From Raillietiella orientalis (lineage: Eukaryota), in the NCBI GenBank assembly GCA_036172245.1, contig JAYWIR010000020.1:806001-870000 (forward strand): a stretch of DNA of 64,000 nucleotides. The letters are read 5' to 3'. The notes under the pieces are model-generated. The model was not told the DNA's origin. It did not search any database and worked only from the letters and a program-made list of their open reading frames with translations. Shown here piece by piece: positions 27,241 to 40,757 of the stretch (the first letter of the stretch is position 1; each line of letters starts with the position of its first letter). Position numbers and translations under genes: made by a program.

Positions 27241-27323
27241 CCAAAGTGATACTATAGACGCACTGAAGACTAGTGACTAATTACACGTCACTAGTCTTCA
27301 GTGTGTCTATAGTATCATTTTGG
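27241..27323 (+). repeat. 83-nt hairpin: 37-bp arms and a 9-nt loop
   Basis: CCAAAGTGATACTATAGACGCACTGAAGACTAGTGAC-taattacac-GTCACTAGTCTTCAGTGTGTCTATAGTATCATTTTGG; only two non-Watson-Crick positions, both G:T. Confidence 0.95.
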
Positions 27324-30300
27324 TTTTGAATTATATGTCGCTCAAACCCATGGTATTAATTCGCGTTGCTAGCAGGTAACTCATTCTTTAACATTTAAAG
27401 TGGAATAGAGTGTGTTCATTACTACAATAATTCACTGCCATCTGGAAAGCACCTCCAATGAGAACACATTTAAATCCCTGATTTTTCTCTTTTAGCTTCT
27501 GACATTTTTTTCTTCTTTGCTTTAGTCGCTCCATCATCATTTCGGGTAGATTCTACTTTCATTTTCTTTTGCTTCCAAGGTTCACTTCGTTACATGGCCA
27601 CTTTAGAGACCGTGAATTTTTGCTTCCCTGCTTTCGGTCTAACTCTTTACATGAAGCAAAGGATCAGACCTAGTTGCAAGACCGCTTCCCTCTGTGGGTT
27701 CCTTCCACGAATAAATACACGTTTCAATTTTTTATTCCTTGAAATTGGATGTTCTACATCAGGACTGTACGGCTCTGAGCCCTGTTTCCATTTTCTGCAA
27801 CTCACAGGGAAGGTGCCATTGCGCAAACACTTCACTACATCCGGCGTTTTAATTTTCTTGGAGCGGCGAATGCTTTGCACGGTTGAAGGAAGGGGATGCA
27901 GGAGGAAAAGGGCATTTGGGAAACAGTGCGAAATCATTGGAATCGTGCAACACATAGCCTTTGTCGATATTCACAGCAAGTGCATCATCTAAATGGTCAA
28001 CCACGGATTTTATTCCTGCATGAACAATGCAGGTTCAGGCATAAAAAATTCTGGAGCCACATTTTTTCTCAAGCACCATCTTCCCAGATCGTTATGGTGA
28101 GGAGTTTTGGCTGCTCTCAGATCGGCGTACGAATTTCTCCATGATCAATCGTGAGCTATTTCGCTACACAGGTTTCGTAGAATTCGCAAGTGTTACTCTG
28201 TCTTTTTTTTTTTTTTTTTTGCTGTTGCTGCTGAATGAGTGGGTTAACGAAGGAGCCGGAAGGACTCTTCGAAAGGCGAAGATTTCGGAACAAATTGACT
28301 GCTGCTCGCTAAATTGACTAGCAGCTCTGCATACTTTTCGTATCGGTGAGGGAAAAGAGGGAATGGTGCATCACGCGTGCAACGGGACTATTTTAATAGG
28401 AAGGAATAGCATGCGAGCACACATTATACCAGTAAACGCCCAACGTTTAACCACGTTACAACTACCCTCATAAGCAAAAGCTGTCAATTAAAAGAAATGT
28501 CTAAACGCAAACCTGTGTCAAAATAGAAAGCCAAAATCTGCCAATGTCGCTATTAAAACAATTTTGCGAAATAAGGACACTAGCAACAGTCCGCTTTACA
28601 GCTGGTGAAACTGTACATTGTCAGAGGTGCTTTTTCTATAGGACAAGTAACGATTGAGAATACACGCTCCTTCGCATTTATAGTGATCATTAATCACCTT
28701 ACTACTTTCCGCAAAACTGATATGATCATACAGAAAAATATATGTCGAGCGTTCGTAAAAAAAATCGACGCTTGAGCAATTCTTGTTAGTGCCAAACTAA
28801 AGTCCAGTCTGGAACCACATGATCTGCCAGATTCGTTGGGATCGTGAGCAGCAAACCGACAGTCACAAGATAAATGGGTTCTCCAAAGTGTCTGCCGGCA
28901 CAATGGCAGGGTGGAATTGTCGAAATCGTGAACAAAACAGTACAAAGAGTTGTACAGTTTTCGAGTGTTGGTGTCACTGGCACGCATCCCACGACGTCCA
29001 AGTGACGACGAGACGGCGATGGAATCAGGTAATCATGTATTCCAGTTAAACTACATCAGTCACGGGAAGACCGTGCCAAAATACTTTATCTCAAGGAATC
29101 ATCACTTGCTAGCTAGTAAGCTTTCTCATGTCCTTCTCTCTAGATTTGGATTCTGCAGCGCCAGAAATTCTGCAAACAAAATTTCAAGGAATTGCCAGTT
29201 GCTGTTGTATCCACAGCAAATTTCGGAAAATCAAGCAGTCTTTCGGGAAGCTAAACAGTAATCCAGTAAAGGGCTGCAAATACAGGGTGTCCAACTGTGG
29301 TGGCAACACGAGATATTACTGTGATATCAGTTCGCTATTCAAACGAGCATAAAATTTTCAAAATATAAATCTTCACAGGAAAGAAGACCGAAGTAGTCCA
29401 AGAGTTACGTAACGCTCAATGAAACTATGACTTTGAATCCTGGAGTAGACATCGATAAGAATGCTCCGTTTCTGCCAGACTTCGAAGAACACTGCATTTG
29501 AACCGTTTTCTGAAGTGAAAAGATTCCAGCTAAACATTCCGAATCAGAAGACGGCTGACACTCGCGTTTCCTTCTTGAGATCAAAAAAGCACAGAGCAAC
29601 GCACGAAGTACGTTGCTCTGTGCGTTAACGTACGAGCACGAAGTACACAAGACACAAAAGAAAACACGCCCGGGCATTCCATAGAAATTTGATTAAAGAT
29701 GCGCACGCCAACACTAAAGCTCGAAAACTACAAAAGTTTTCGGGACATCACTGTTCGAAGGCAGTGGCGTTTGCCACGGAGCCGCACGGATTGAACGCCA
29801 CCGTGGCAAGAATCCTCTCCTCTGTCCTCACGTAAACCAGTGCCACGCTAGGAAGTACTCGCACAAGAACTTCGCAGCAAATCATGCGGCAACAAGTTGC
29901 GAAATACAGTTCACACCAGCCAGTACCAATGTTGGGCAATGTTGGCCATACAAAGTACACTGACGTCATTAAGCGCAAGCCCGACCCCGTCACACTTAAC
30001 ACGTCAAGTATGCTACACATACACACCCGTAGTAACGGAGATTTTTTACCTTCAATGAAATTAATGCCTATGTAGTTCTAACATTTTTATCACCTAAATT
30101 ATCCTGCATGAAACTGTTCAGACGTACATTTGCGAAGCCCAAAGTGGGAATTACGCCCACTGCGAATGAGGACTGCTTTTCAAAACAGCTCTGTATATCC
30201 TCAGCGGCTCATCGGGTTCGGTCTTGACTGAACAGTTTGCACGGCTCTGCTCAGTTTCGACGCTTCTCTCTCGGAAGTTTCAAGCGCTTCAACGCGGTCA

Positions 30301-31211
30301 CTTGCAGAGCATGCTTGGGGCAGGAAACTTTGAAACTGTTCACGCTCATTGGTGTGACAGCTATAACTGATTTAAAACACCCACGTTCCATGACTTTTGC
30401 CATGTATACTGAATTCTCTGACTGATTGAGAAATTGCACTTTCAAGACCATATCCATCTTGATAGTGGCATTTTCATAAGCAAATGTGAATCCAGAATTT
30501 CTTAGTTTCTTCCAGTATGAAAAAACTCATCAGAAGGGTACTTAAGACATTCTCAAATAAACAACGCAAACTTCCCATTGCGCTGAACTGTTTATATAAG
30601 ATCACTTTTTTTTTGACTATAGAACTCTGTGACTACACGATTTTGTCGTTAACGTTCAAAAGTTCGGAATTGAATGCACAATTTTCACTTTGTTTTGCAA
30701 ATCACAATGATGAACGTTCGATTCTAGAAGCTTTCATTTAACGTGAAATACGGACTGTTTTCTTCAACAATTTTTTTGCAAATCTTTCTTTAATAATATG
30801 ACAAAAAAATTACTTAATAATTCAAACCTTATATTTTCTTTTCATATTCCAGAATGTTGATAAACAATTTAATTCAGTATAGATAATTACTATATCAGTT
30901 TTTTTTTTTTTAATCAATCAACAATTTTCTGGCTGCCTGATTCATTCAATCAGACATCACCATGTATCACATTCATAGACATATAAATGTATGTAAAAGA
31001 AAATATATCTCATTTAAATACAACTCTTTAAAATATGCTCCTCCCTAAAAGTTAGGAATTATAGGGAGGAACAAACAGGCAGATATATCAAAATTCACAA
31101 TTTCTTGGACCCTTAATTTTAGTTAATTTAGTAAGCATAAACAAAAGGAACAGGAATGGAAAAGACTCAAGATGAAAATTCTTCTACAATCAATGAAATC
31201 TGGTCACTGAG

Positions 31212-34200
31212 CTAAGCATGCATCTGTTGCTTGGATATCCATATTTGCACCAAGTAGGCAAAGACGATTCCTAATACCATAACTCCAAATAGAATAATTG
31301 CAGCCCACTGCTGATCATTCAGCTCATGATGGACTTTGATCTACAAAACGTTAGGAACAAATGCAAGTATTTATATTATACAAATACCTGCAAAGAAGAC
31401 ACTGTGTGTTTCTCAGGAAGCTCTTCTGTTGTTGCTTCTACAGAAGGTGTTGTAAAAAAACATGTTGGAGTGTAAGCACCAGAAATACTGGAGTTAAGGG
31501 AATCAGGAAAATGCCTCACAGGACACGCACGTACTCCATATTCAGTCCCTGGTTCCAAACCAGTGATTGTGAATTGCTGCTCATTTCCTTCATAAATCTG
31601 TAAGATTTACATCCGTCCATGTAACTCTAATACTAATTTTGAGCATACAGGCCAGAATTCGCCATCTTGACCTCGCTTCAGACTGAGAATGTAAGAGATG
31701 AAATCTCCACCAAGAGGCCGACTTTCATTCCAAGACACAAGGCATTCTGTCTGTTGTAGACTGCAGACTTGGGGAGCTATGAAAGATACTTTGAAAAATG
31801 AGAACTATCCAGACAACACCTTTTAGAGATTGAGGAGGAGCTCTAGATGTAGTGAAAGCATATTGAGGGGAGAAATCTCCATCTCCCATCTCATTGGAAG
31901 CACGGATACAAAACTTATAAGCTGTCATCTCTTGTAGACGCATTACTTTGTAAGACAGAGCATTTCCTTGGTATATAACGGAATACCTAAAAAAAACATG
32001 CATAAGGAAAACGTGAAATCAACTTGACATCACAAAGACTCACCCTTTGCTTTTTGGATTTTCCATTTGCAGCGTATACCTAGTTTGATCTGTGTTTCTA
32101 CCTTCTCCCCATTTTAATCGAAGACAATTGTGGCTACAACTGACACACTCCAATCTTGGAGGTGCAGGTGGCAATGCCTTAGTCATGACCTTATGAATCA
32201 CAGAATAGGGGCCTGGACCTATATGATTAACTGCTTGGACACGAAAACGATATTGGCACTCTGGAGATAGGTCATCAACAGCGAGTTCATTCTGTGGGGC
32301 TAAAACATGGAGAACCTTATCATTCATTTCTACATTATATGAAATAATGGGAGAGCCATGGTCCTTGGGAGGGTTCCAACTGATTTGCAGAGTTGTGGCT
32401 GAAGCTATGCACTTTATATGTGTGGGTGAAGCAGGAACACTTGGGGATGTCCCACATGAGACACAAGAAGAGTATTTTCCGGGACCAGCTGCATTACTGG
32501 CCCTTACACGAAAAAAATATAAAGTGGAGGGTAAAAGATTAGTGGCATTATAAGAGTGTTCTAGGCCCACATATATAGGAGAAAATTTTGCATCTTTTCT
32601 GTCCATTTGTCTACTTGTCATTTCTTCTGCATTCTAGAAATACTTTCACTAAAAATATGCACGTAAGCTTGCATGCTACCTGTGCCCATTCCAACTGATA
32701 TTCTGTGATGGGAGATCCATTACAACATGGTTCTTCCCAGGTCAGACACATACTTAAGCTAGACACAGATTCTACTAATAAATTGGCAACAGGCTCGGGA
32801 GGAGCTGCTGCAGTGCATACTTCCAAAGGTTCCGACCACATTCCTGGCTAAAACGATGAAATACAATCAACGATAGCTTCAGAATCTTACAACGACGTAC
32901 CCCAACTTTGTTTAGTGCTCGTACTTGGAATTTGTAAGATCTCCCAGGTTTCAATCCAGATATCACACATTCTGGTTCGCTGCTGTGATACAAGAGATTC
33001 TGGTCATCAGCAAGTACCACTTCAAATCCTGTCAAAGCAGCCCCACCATCAAAACTAGGGCTACCTATGAAAGAATTAATCTGTCCAAGCTCATCAGTGA
33101 TGAAACCTTACTCCAACAAAGACCGACGTCTGTAGCATTGGGACTTCCTTTAAGACGCAAATTATAACAAGCGCTGGGATATATGGCAGCAGTAGTCACA
33201 ACCAAAGGGTCAGAAAATGTTGAGCAGCCTGCAGGACCAATGCAAGCCACTTGGCAACGATATGTTGTTCCTGGAGTCAAATGGCTGCAAACAAAGTCCA
33301 TAGCAACTCCTTCATAGACTTTCTCATAGCCTATTACGTCATACATAATACAATGAATATTACAGTGAACACTCACCTGAGCCATGATCCACTTCCAAAA
33401 CATAGGCACTAACTGGTGTCCCTCCATCATCACATGGAGGTTCCCACATAATGCCAAAACTGTGAGGATGAATTCTACCTTTTACTGAAAGCTTTGAAGG
33501 GGGCTGTGGCTTTGCAGGAGGGGTACAGTAAGTAATACAAGGTGACCAAGGCGAGGAACCTTCTTCATTGGTGGCACAAAGCTACAGCTTGTTTGTTGAT
33601 AATACTGCAATCCTCAAGACTTACCCGGAATTTATATTCGCTATTTCTGACCAAATTATTGCAAGTATATTGGGAACAAGGACCATTGTATACATTTAAA
33701 AAACCATGCCCTGTACGTTCATCATTCATCTGAAGAATATAATCATTGGTACTTGGGCACTGATCCCAAGTCAAAACCAGATAATCCACCCCCTGACTTT
33801 CCAATTTTGGAGACAGTGGTGTGGGAGGAATGCTTCCTGCTGTTGCATATATTACACACTCGCTAAAGGGACTACATTTTAAAATAGCAACAACTCTTCA
33901 TGTTTTTCTTGCCTGGAACCAATGTCATTAGCTGCGGATATACGAAATCGATAGCATGTGGAAGGAGACAATTTAGTAACTTTGAACTGCTTTCCAGATC
34001 CTTCATAAAGCAGATTGAAATCCCCTTCTGGACAATTTGAAAACTGTAACTGATAATTGGTAATCTTAAGTCCGTTACTATTGGGAGTGATCCACCTGCA
34101 AAGTAAGAAAATAAAAGACACGTAGAGGGTCAGCTTCCAAGACCACAGTTACCAACTTGAGCAAAAGACTGGTTTTGGTGCGGCTGAGCAATTTAGGAGG

Positions 34201-37200
34201 CTGTGGTGTATCAGGTTCACAGCAATTGGTTTGAAAAGATATTGGTTTCGAGGGGGATCCTTTTAACTGGTCCAAAATGGCTATCAGGCTACAAAATCAT
34301 CTCATTCAAATTTTGAATAAAAATTACTTGTACATACCAAATGTGATACTCAGTAGCAGGTTTCAAATCTGTCAGTTGACAGTCCAATGAGCTGCCAATG
34401 TAAATGCTCTTATACTTTCCTTCTATACCTTTGTCAGTGAGCATCACTTCATACTGGAGTTCATTGTTATCTATCTGATATTCAGAGTTTTCTTCTGCTA
34501 CTGGATGTGACCAGCACAACAGAGCCCTTCTAGCTGTAATTTCACTGACCTTATAAAAAATAAGAATTATAAGAAACGAACCCTCTTCTGGAAATAGAGC
34601 ATCAAAATTATATTACAAAAATTTCTTTAAATTCACCTGACATAAAATTCACAGAACATACATAATAAAATAAGTGCTGTACAAAGTGCACAGAACTCTC
34701 AAGTTCGGAATCCTGCCTATATGTTCTTTTTAATCATTGTATGGCTTTTAATTAAAATTCAAGTTAATAAGTTTTTGAAACTAAAGAATAATCTAGAAAT
34801 GGCTTAAAAAGCGGAAATGCTAAAATACTAGCAGCACTGGAAATAACGACCACGTAATCACTTTTCATGCTTAATATAAAGAATATAGAATTTTTGTAGA
34901 TAAAATTTGTTTTCGAGTAAAATAACCAAACCAAAGAGAAAAATAACATTGTACTCATGATGGAGACATTTCAATAATTCTATAGAGTCGAACGAAAGAA
35001 TGAAATTTTCAAAACTGAATTTTTTGATGAGGTCTGGGAAGTTTATCTTACTTCTTACACAGTGGAATTATATTGATTCTCGTTGCAACAACAGAAAGTA
35101 AAATGCAAACTTTGGGATATTCTGAATGCATGCTTGTTGCCCACATACAGTTGTAACTGTTATCTGATAGATAAGACGAATACTTTCAATATAGAAATTC
35201 AATACGAATACTTCAATATACTTTCAATACATCTCAGGAATATAGTTTCTGACAGAACGAGTATTTCCTAAATGCCATAAAAAAAAATAGAATATTTTCT
35301 TATTGTTATTCTGTTTCTTATGCTCTGACTATTACTAGATCTATTACAAAAATGAGCAAAACTCTTTAAAGCACCCATTAAAAGATACAACCCTTAACTC
35401 ACACAATATCATTCAGTACGATTTTGGCAAACTGAAAGGATTTACTTTCTGTTTTCCATGTTTCTCACATTTACATATTATTTGAGCAGCTACAAACAAA
35501 CAAACAAACAAAATACCATTGGTGGATTCACTGATGATAAGATGGCCAGAAATGCTTTGTGTTCATCATCATTTGAAATTTGTGAAATGCTTAGATTATG
35601 AGTATCTTCTGCTATGGAATTAAAATTCATACACTCTTGATAAGCTTTGCGAAAGAATTGACCTGTATACAAAATTAGAAAACATTATGGAATCCATGCC
35701 TACCTTTTTGACTTTCACAGTTTCTTCGTCTGTCTTCTAATTTTCTTTTCAATTTATTATACTGCTTGTGTGCTCTTTCATCTTTATGAAAAGCCTGATA
35801 GTTAGATGTGGGGGAAGCTGCATTGGTTTCAAATGTATCAAAAATTAAAACGAAAAAAAAAAAAGCCCATGTGAATACCTTGAGTGCGAGGATTGCTGCA
35901 ACCTGTCATTGATCCTGCTTGCAATGAAGAATTTGCATTGTAAGACTGATATGGATTAGATGTATACTGATAAAACTGTGGATTATGTCCATTGCCAGAA
36001 TTGGGACCCTACAAATAATTGCAGATATATACAGCGCATACTTATTTAATAAAGCAGTAACTGAAGAACAAATAAATTTTAATTTTTTCGTAAAGTCTCC
36101 CCTGATGCAGTTATAAATGAAAATAACTGATTAACAAAGTATTACTTTCTTTGCAGACATCAACAAAAACAGATCATTTATGAATACCGATAACACCGAC
36201 ACACGAACCTATTATGACGAAATAACGTATAATATGGTTGGTATGTTGCATCCACATACATAAGCTGTTGTTGGCTTGCCAAGCATAGTTGTATATACAC
36301 AGTATGTATTGCATTGCATGGATACGTGGATCATCAAACTTACCCTTGCTTTCCTCTTTTTAAATGCTTGGCAAAATAATTGCTACATTTTTCGTTTTTA
36401 AACGTTATACGCCATTTCAACAGCAGAATGCTTAACATGGGGACCTTTTCCCATGCACGCCTCTATATTGTAAAATTACATACACAAACATGAAGACACC
36501 AGCATTAGAAGAAACTATTCCATGATGGAATCAAAATCAAAATCACACTTTTGATGTGCTACTTCGTGAGGTGGTGAAGAAATCGAGAGAGAAAGAAAAA
36601 CGAAAGAATGAATAAATGAATTTGCTGATGGCAAATGTTTGAACCTTCAGAAAATTAAGGTTGTAACATTCTTCGATCATGTCATATTAGTCATCTTTGT
36701 TTTGAACATTGCGCTGGTTAATAATACACGTAAGTAATTTAAATGCGAGCAACGAAGTTATCGGTGACAACTGCAGTTGTTAAAAAATAAAGTCACGTGA
36801 CATGAAGGCCACTACCCATGTAGGTACACAGAAACGAGCGATTATAAAAAAAATACGGGCCAACAACATTCTACCAAAAAATTATGCAAATTCAACTTAT
36901 GTACGAGAATACAAAGAAAGAAAGTAACTGAGCATTATATTTTTATGAAAACAGTTTCTTTATTCTTTTTTTTGAAAAGTGCACGGTGGATTTACACGTT
37001 ATCCAAGATGGACCGACAACGTAAAAAAATATCGGATACTCGTGTCTTTTTATTTTTTTCACATATTTCCAAATTGAGCACGTACAGAATTCCCACTTTT
37101 TCTTGGGGATCAAAATATTTTTTGGTTATAATAAACTGAAAAAGGCATGATGGTTTCCTTTCTAAAAGTATGATCCACATAATTATGGAACCTATTTGTT

Positions 37201-40200
37201 ACTTCACATGCTCCACTGCTACGTTATACATCAGCATTCACATCATAAATGATCTGCTTTTCGGAAATTCACCGACTCTTGTGGATATCTGCACTGATCA
37301 TGCCGAAAATGGCCTAGCCGTAGCCCAAACTTGATGAGAAACATTCGGGAAATCACGGCATACGCCCCCCCCCCCCCCTTAAAAAAAGCAGGAAAACAAC
37401 GCTGTTTCACAAACATGTACCGGACTTAACAAGGATTCATGTTACTTACGTAAGGAGGTCCGAGAGGAAGAAACGGGGAATGTGAAGATACAATTACATG
37501 ACGTAAAATGCCTTCTTCGTCAACGATTTGCTGGACAACGTGGCCAGGTGGTACATGCACTGGCATGGCAATCGGAGGATTATGATTTGTTGATACCATT
37601 CGAATCGTAGCAGGGCCTTCGAAACAACTCGATAATATCGAAACTAGATTTTTTTTTTTTTTTTTTAAAAAAATACTACTCGCTTTTTAAAACTCATGTA
37701 GATACTTTATCAAGTATAGACTAAAGCATAACATACTTGTATCACCATTACTTCATATATACATATGTATATATATATTCAAAAGTAGGCATTTAAGGGG
37801 AACACCCCCCACCCACCCCTAAATGCACATCTGCTTCGTAACGATCTGAACATTGAACACATCGATTAACTGAAGTTCCTCTTACAAATGGGGAAAACTT
37901 CAGGAACCTGGAAATCATCTACTGTATTGTAAGGTCGGGATATATGTGCTTTCAAATGTCTATGTCTACGAATCTGCACCATTAATTTAAAATAAAAACT
38001 AATTAAAACAAATATTACATTTAAAAACAAAAACATTCTCGAGTGAAATTTAAGTATAGGAGGAAATTCGATACCCAACTACCTTAACGAAACATGGCAA
38101 ACTAAAGGAAAACAGGAAACACTATGCACAATATTTTATTCGTGCTGGTAGACCCAAACACATCAATTTAAAACCTTACATAAGATTTCTTGGATGGATG
38201 TACTGCCTATCAATTTACATCTGGCGAAATACATAGATAACTCCATCTCAAGAAAGAAGGGTGGGGGGTGGGGGGTGGAGGGGGGGGGAGAAGAGGAAGC
38301 AACGTCCAAAGTTTTTTCCTTTCTTACTCGAATCTCTTACCATAGTCGTTAGAATACGGGCATAGTGGCGACGGTAAGTCCAGTCCATAGGAATATTCGG
38401 GGTAATATTCAGTGTACGCTGCACCGTTGTACGGATTATCGACAGCTTCTGCGAGTGAGTAACCTGCAACCATAGTAGGAAAATTCGAAGCACTGTCATC
38501 AAAGCGCTTGTCTAATTCGACTACTTCGCCCGTTGTCTGGTTATAGTTCTCTCCGGTTCCTAGGGGAACAGACCAGGCGCTACTGATGCCGTTCTGCCAC
38601 GGGTAACCTTCTCTGTTATGGGGACTCTCCAAGATGTGATTGACGGAAACAGGGAACACGAACTCGCCTGCTTCAGTTAACCATTCTTTACAAAAACTAG
38701 TGCAGTTTTCGACATGAGAAGTCTTTCGTGGCTGACGATTACCATTAATTTTTTGTTTATGCATAAAAAACGCTGAACTTGCAAATTTCAGCCAACAGAT
38801 CAACTGATATTTAACTTTTAAAACAAAGTTCCTATTTTACATCTAAAAAAAAAAAAAAAAAAAAGGAAAAAAAAAAAAGAAAATGCTTTTTTCCTCTCTC
38901 TCTCTCTTTCTTTCTTTCTTTCTCTCTCTCTCTATGTTCTATGTCTCTCTCTCTCCTTCTTCTAACGAAGAAAAAAAAAATGTCACTTTTTACTTTTTAC
39001 TTTTTTTTTTTTTTTTATGTGTTCCAAGCGGATGAAAATTTTCATGCGAAAAGGAATTTGTATACGTGGACAATTTCATTTTCAAACATTACAGAAAGCA
39101 AAACATTTTTTCCTTCTTACTATACGACTAAAGGTACTTCAAAAACACAAACACTTGTCGAATTCGCAACGAGCAATAAAAGTAATGATTGCAATTAACA
39201 AAAACAACTTGTTTTTATTACATGATTATTTCAAAGTGATAAAATCTTTCGTATACTTGCAAAAATTTTTACTTGCGCGAATTCAACGTTGTGTGTTGCA
39301 AACTGCACACTGCAAAGAGAGGAAAAAAAAAAAAAGGAAAAAGAAACTTTGAAAACTAAGAAAACATAAATAATAGGATAACTGATAAGCACTGATATTA
39401 ACATTCGGCTGCCGAATTTTTAGAAACGAAATTTCACGGTTTTGCGTGAATTCTCGAAATCCATTCGAATGGACATTCAAGATACGTGCACAATCCACTA
39501 GTTGCACATCACACATCGAATTTCGCAAGTGAAAAGAATTTTTCCTCACAAAATATGCATAAGGATCATTCTGGGGAAACACTAAGAAAACGGATGACGA
39601 GATGCGTTTCAAACACAGCCAGCTAGACTACGTGGGTCAACTTATCTACTTAACGCTTTTCCGCAGCACCATGAACGTTGCTATGGAATGCGGGTCAATC
39701 ACATAACTGAGAGTCAATGTACCTAATAACTGTAGGCCATCAGTTGCAATTTTTCATTCATTAAGTTTTAGATAATGTGCAGGCACGTAAAGCAGTAAGA
39801 TTATGTGCTAACAACATCTTGATCACTAAATTTATGGAAAATGAATAAATGGGTGGGAATACATAATTCCTGAGCATAACAAATCATAAATATAAATAAT
39901 AAAAATAACGTTGGCAAGTACTTTATTGTATACATCATTCATAAATCACGAATGCCATGATCTTGATTCTCATTTGTTTAAATGTGATTCTGTTGGAGAA
40001 TGGGATAAGAAAAGTGGGGCATAATGAAAAAACAAAATGATTGTTTTCAAAACAAAAATTGGAATTTTAAAATTCACTTGTCAGTGTGAATTTTCGAGGC
40101 AAGCTTTAAAATCTGGCAAATAACAACAACAAAAAAAACGACTCCTCTAATCTTACTGTAATTAATGCAAGAGCATAACAATCACTATTAATTAACGCAT

Positions 40201-40757
40201 TTGCAAAAAAAACAAAAAACAAAAATACCTTGTATGAACTGAATCTGATCTCCCATTTGAAAGCTTACTGTTTCTCCAGGATTTACATGTAAATGCACAA
40301 TATGGTGTCCATTGATTTGAAAAGTTTGTGCAGATGCTTGACTTGACATTTGCAAGGGGAATGTTCCTGAAGTGAAAGATGTACACCTATGAAAGTTCTT
40401 TACAGAAATGACTTTTGAATCGGATGAATTATCAGATTTTTTTGAAACAGAAGATTCTGATATGATATTGTCTGTGTTCAAAAATGAACTTCCTGATGAA
40501 ACATTAAAATCAGTAAATGTAAGAGAATCAACTCTTATTGAATTTATATGATGTTCATTGGAACTTAGAATTTTGGATTGTTCTTCACATTGTGATATCA
40601 TTTTGTCATCAGCATCTTTAATGTCAAGAAGATCCTTATTGAATGTGAAGATAACTTCATTTCCACTCTTAAATGCAGACTCCTTGTTTAACTGAGAATA
40701 ACTATTCTCTGCTCTGTGCCCAGAATTCTCTGGTACATCATCAGGTACTTTAACCAT
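31212..40757 (-). CDS. FNDC3: Fibronectin type III domain-containing protein 3 (FNDC3A/B; Drosophila mtgo-like), multi-exon, tail-anchored
   Basis: Exon 40229-40757 ends HIVHLHVNPGETVSFQMGDQIQFIQG; exon 37450-37616 PATIRMVS...PVHVPPGHVVQQIVDEEGILRHVI; KDERAHKQYNKLKRKLEDR (~35730-35790); tandem FN3 domains at 31.4-34.6 kb; C-terminal LNDQQWAAIILFGVMVLGIVFAYLVQ TM, then TAG at 31212. Confidence 0.93.
38341..38473 (-). CDS. FNDC3: Candidate alternative first coding exon of FNDC3 (MVAGYSLAEAVDNPYNGAAYTEYYPEYSYGLDLPSPLCPYSNDY-G)
   Basis: ATG at 38473; 133 nt to a G|GTAAGA donor in phase 1, which matches the phase-1 acceptor at 37617; Tyr/Pro-rich, coding-like composition. Confidence 0.65.
38845..39016. 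repeat. Poly(A), (CT)n and poly(T) low-complexity tract upstream of the candidate alternative FNDC3 exon
   Basis: Directly visible A runs, ctctctct tracts and T runs. Confidence 0.8.

Noticed and set aside
26150..28200. Further RTE-like RT traces (26150-26400 +, 27600-28100 -)
   Set aside because: Motif similarity is too weak to assign boundaries or family.
29281..29760. TACAGGGTGTCC, resembling a Tc1/mariner TIR start
   Set aside because: I found no convincing matching right TIR and no transposase.
36344..36382. 39-nt in-frame FNDC3 cassette exon candidate (QLFCQAFKKRKAR) with a strong GTAAGT donor
   Set aside because: The acceptor is purine-rich inside a long intron; unsupported without RNA data.
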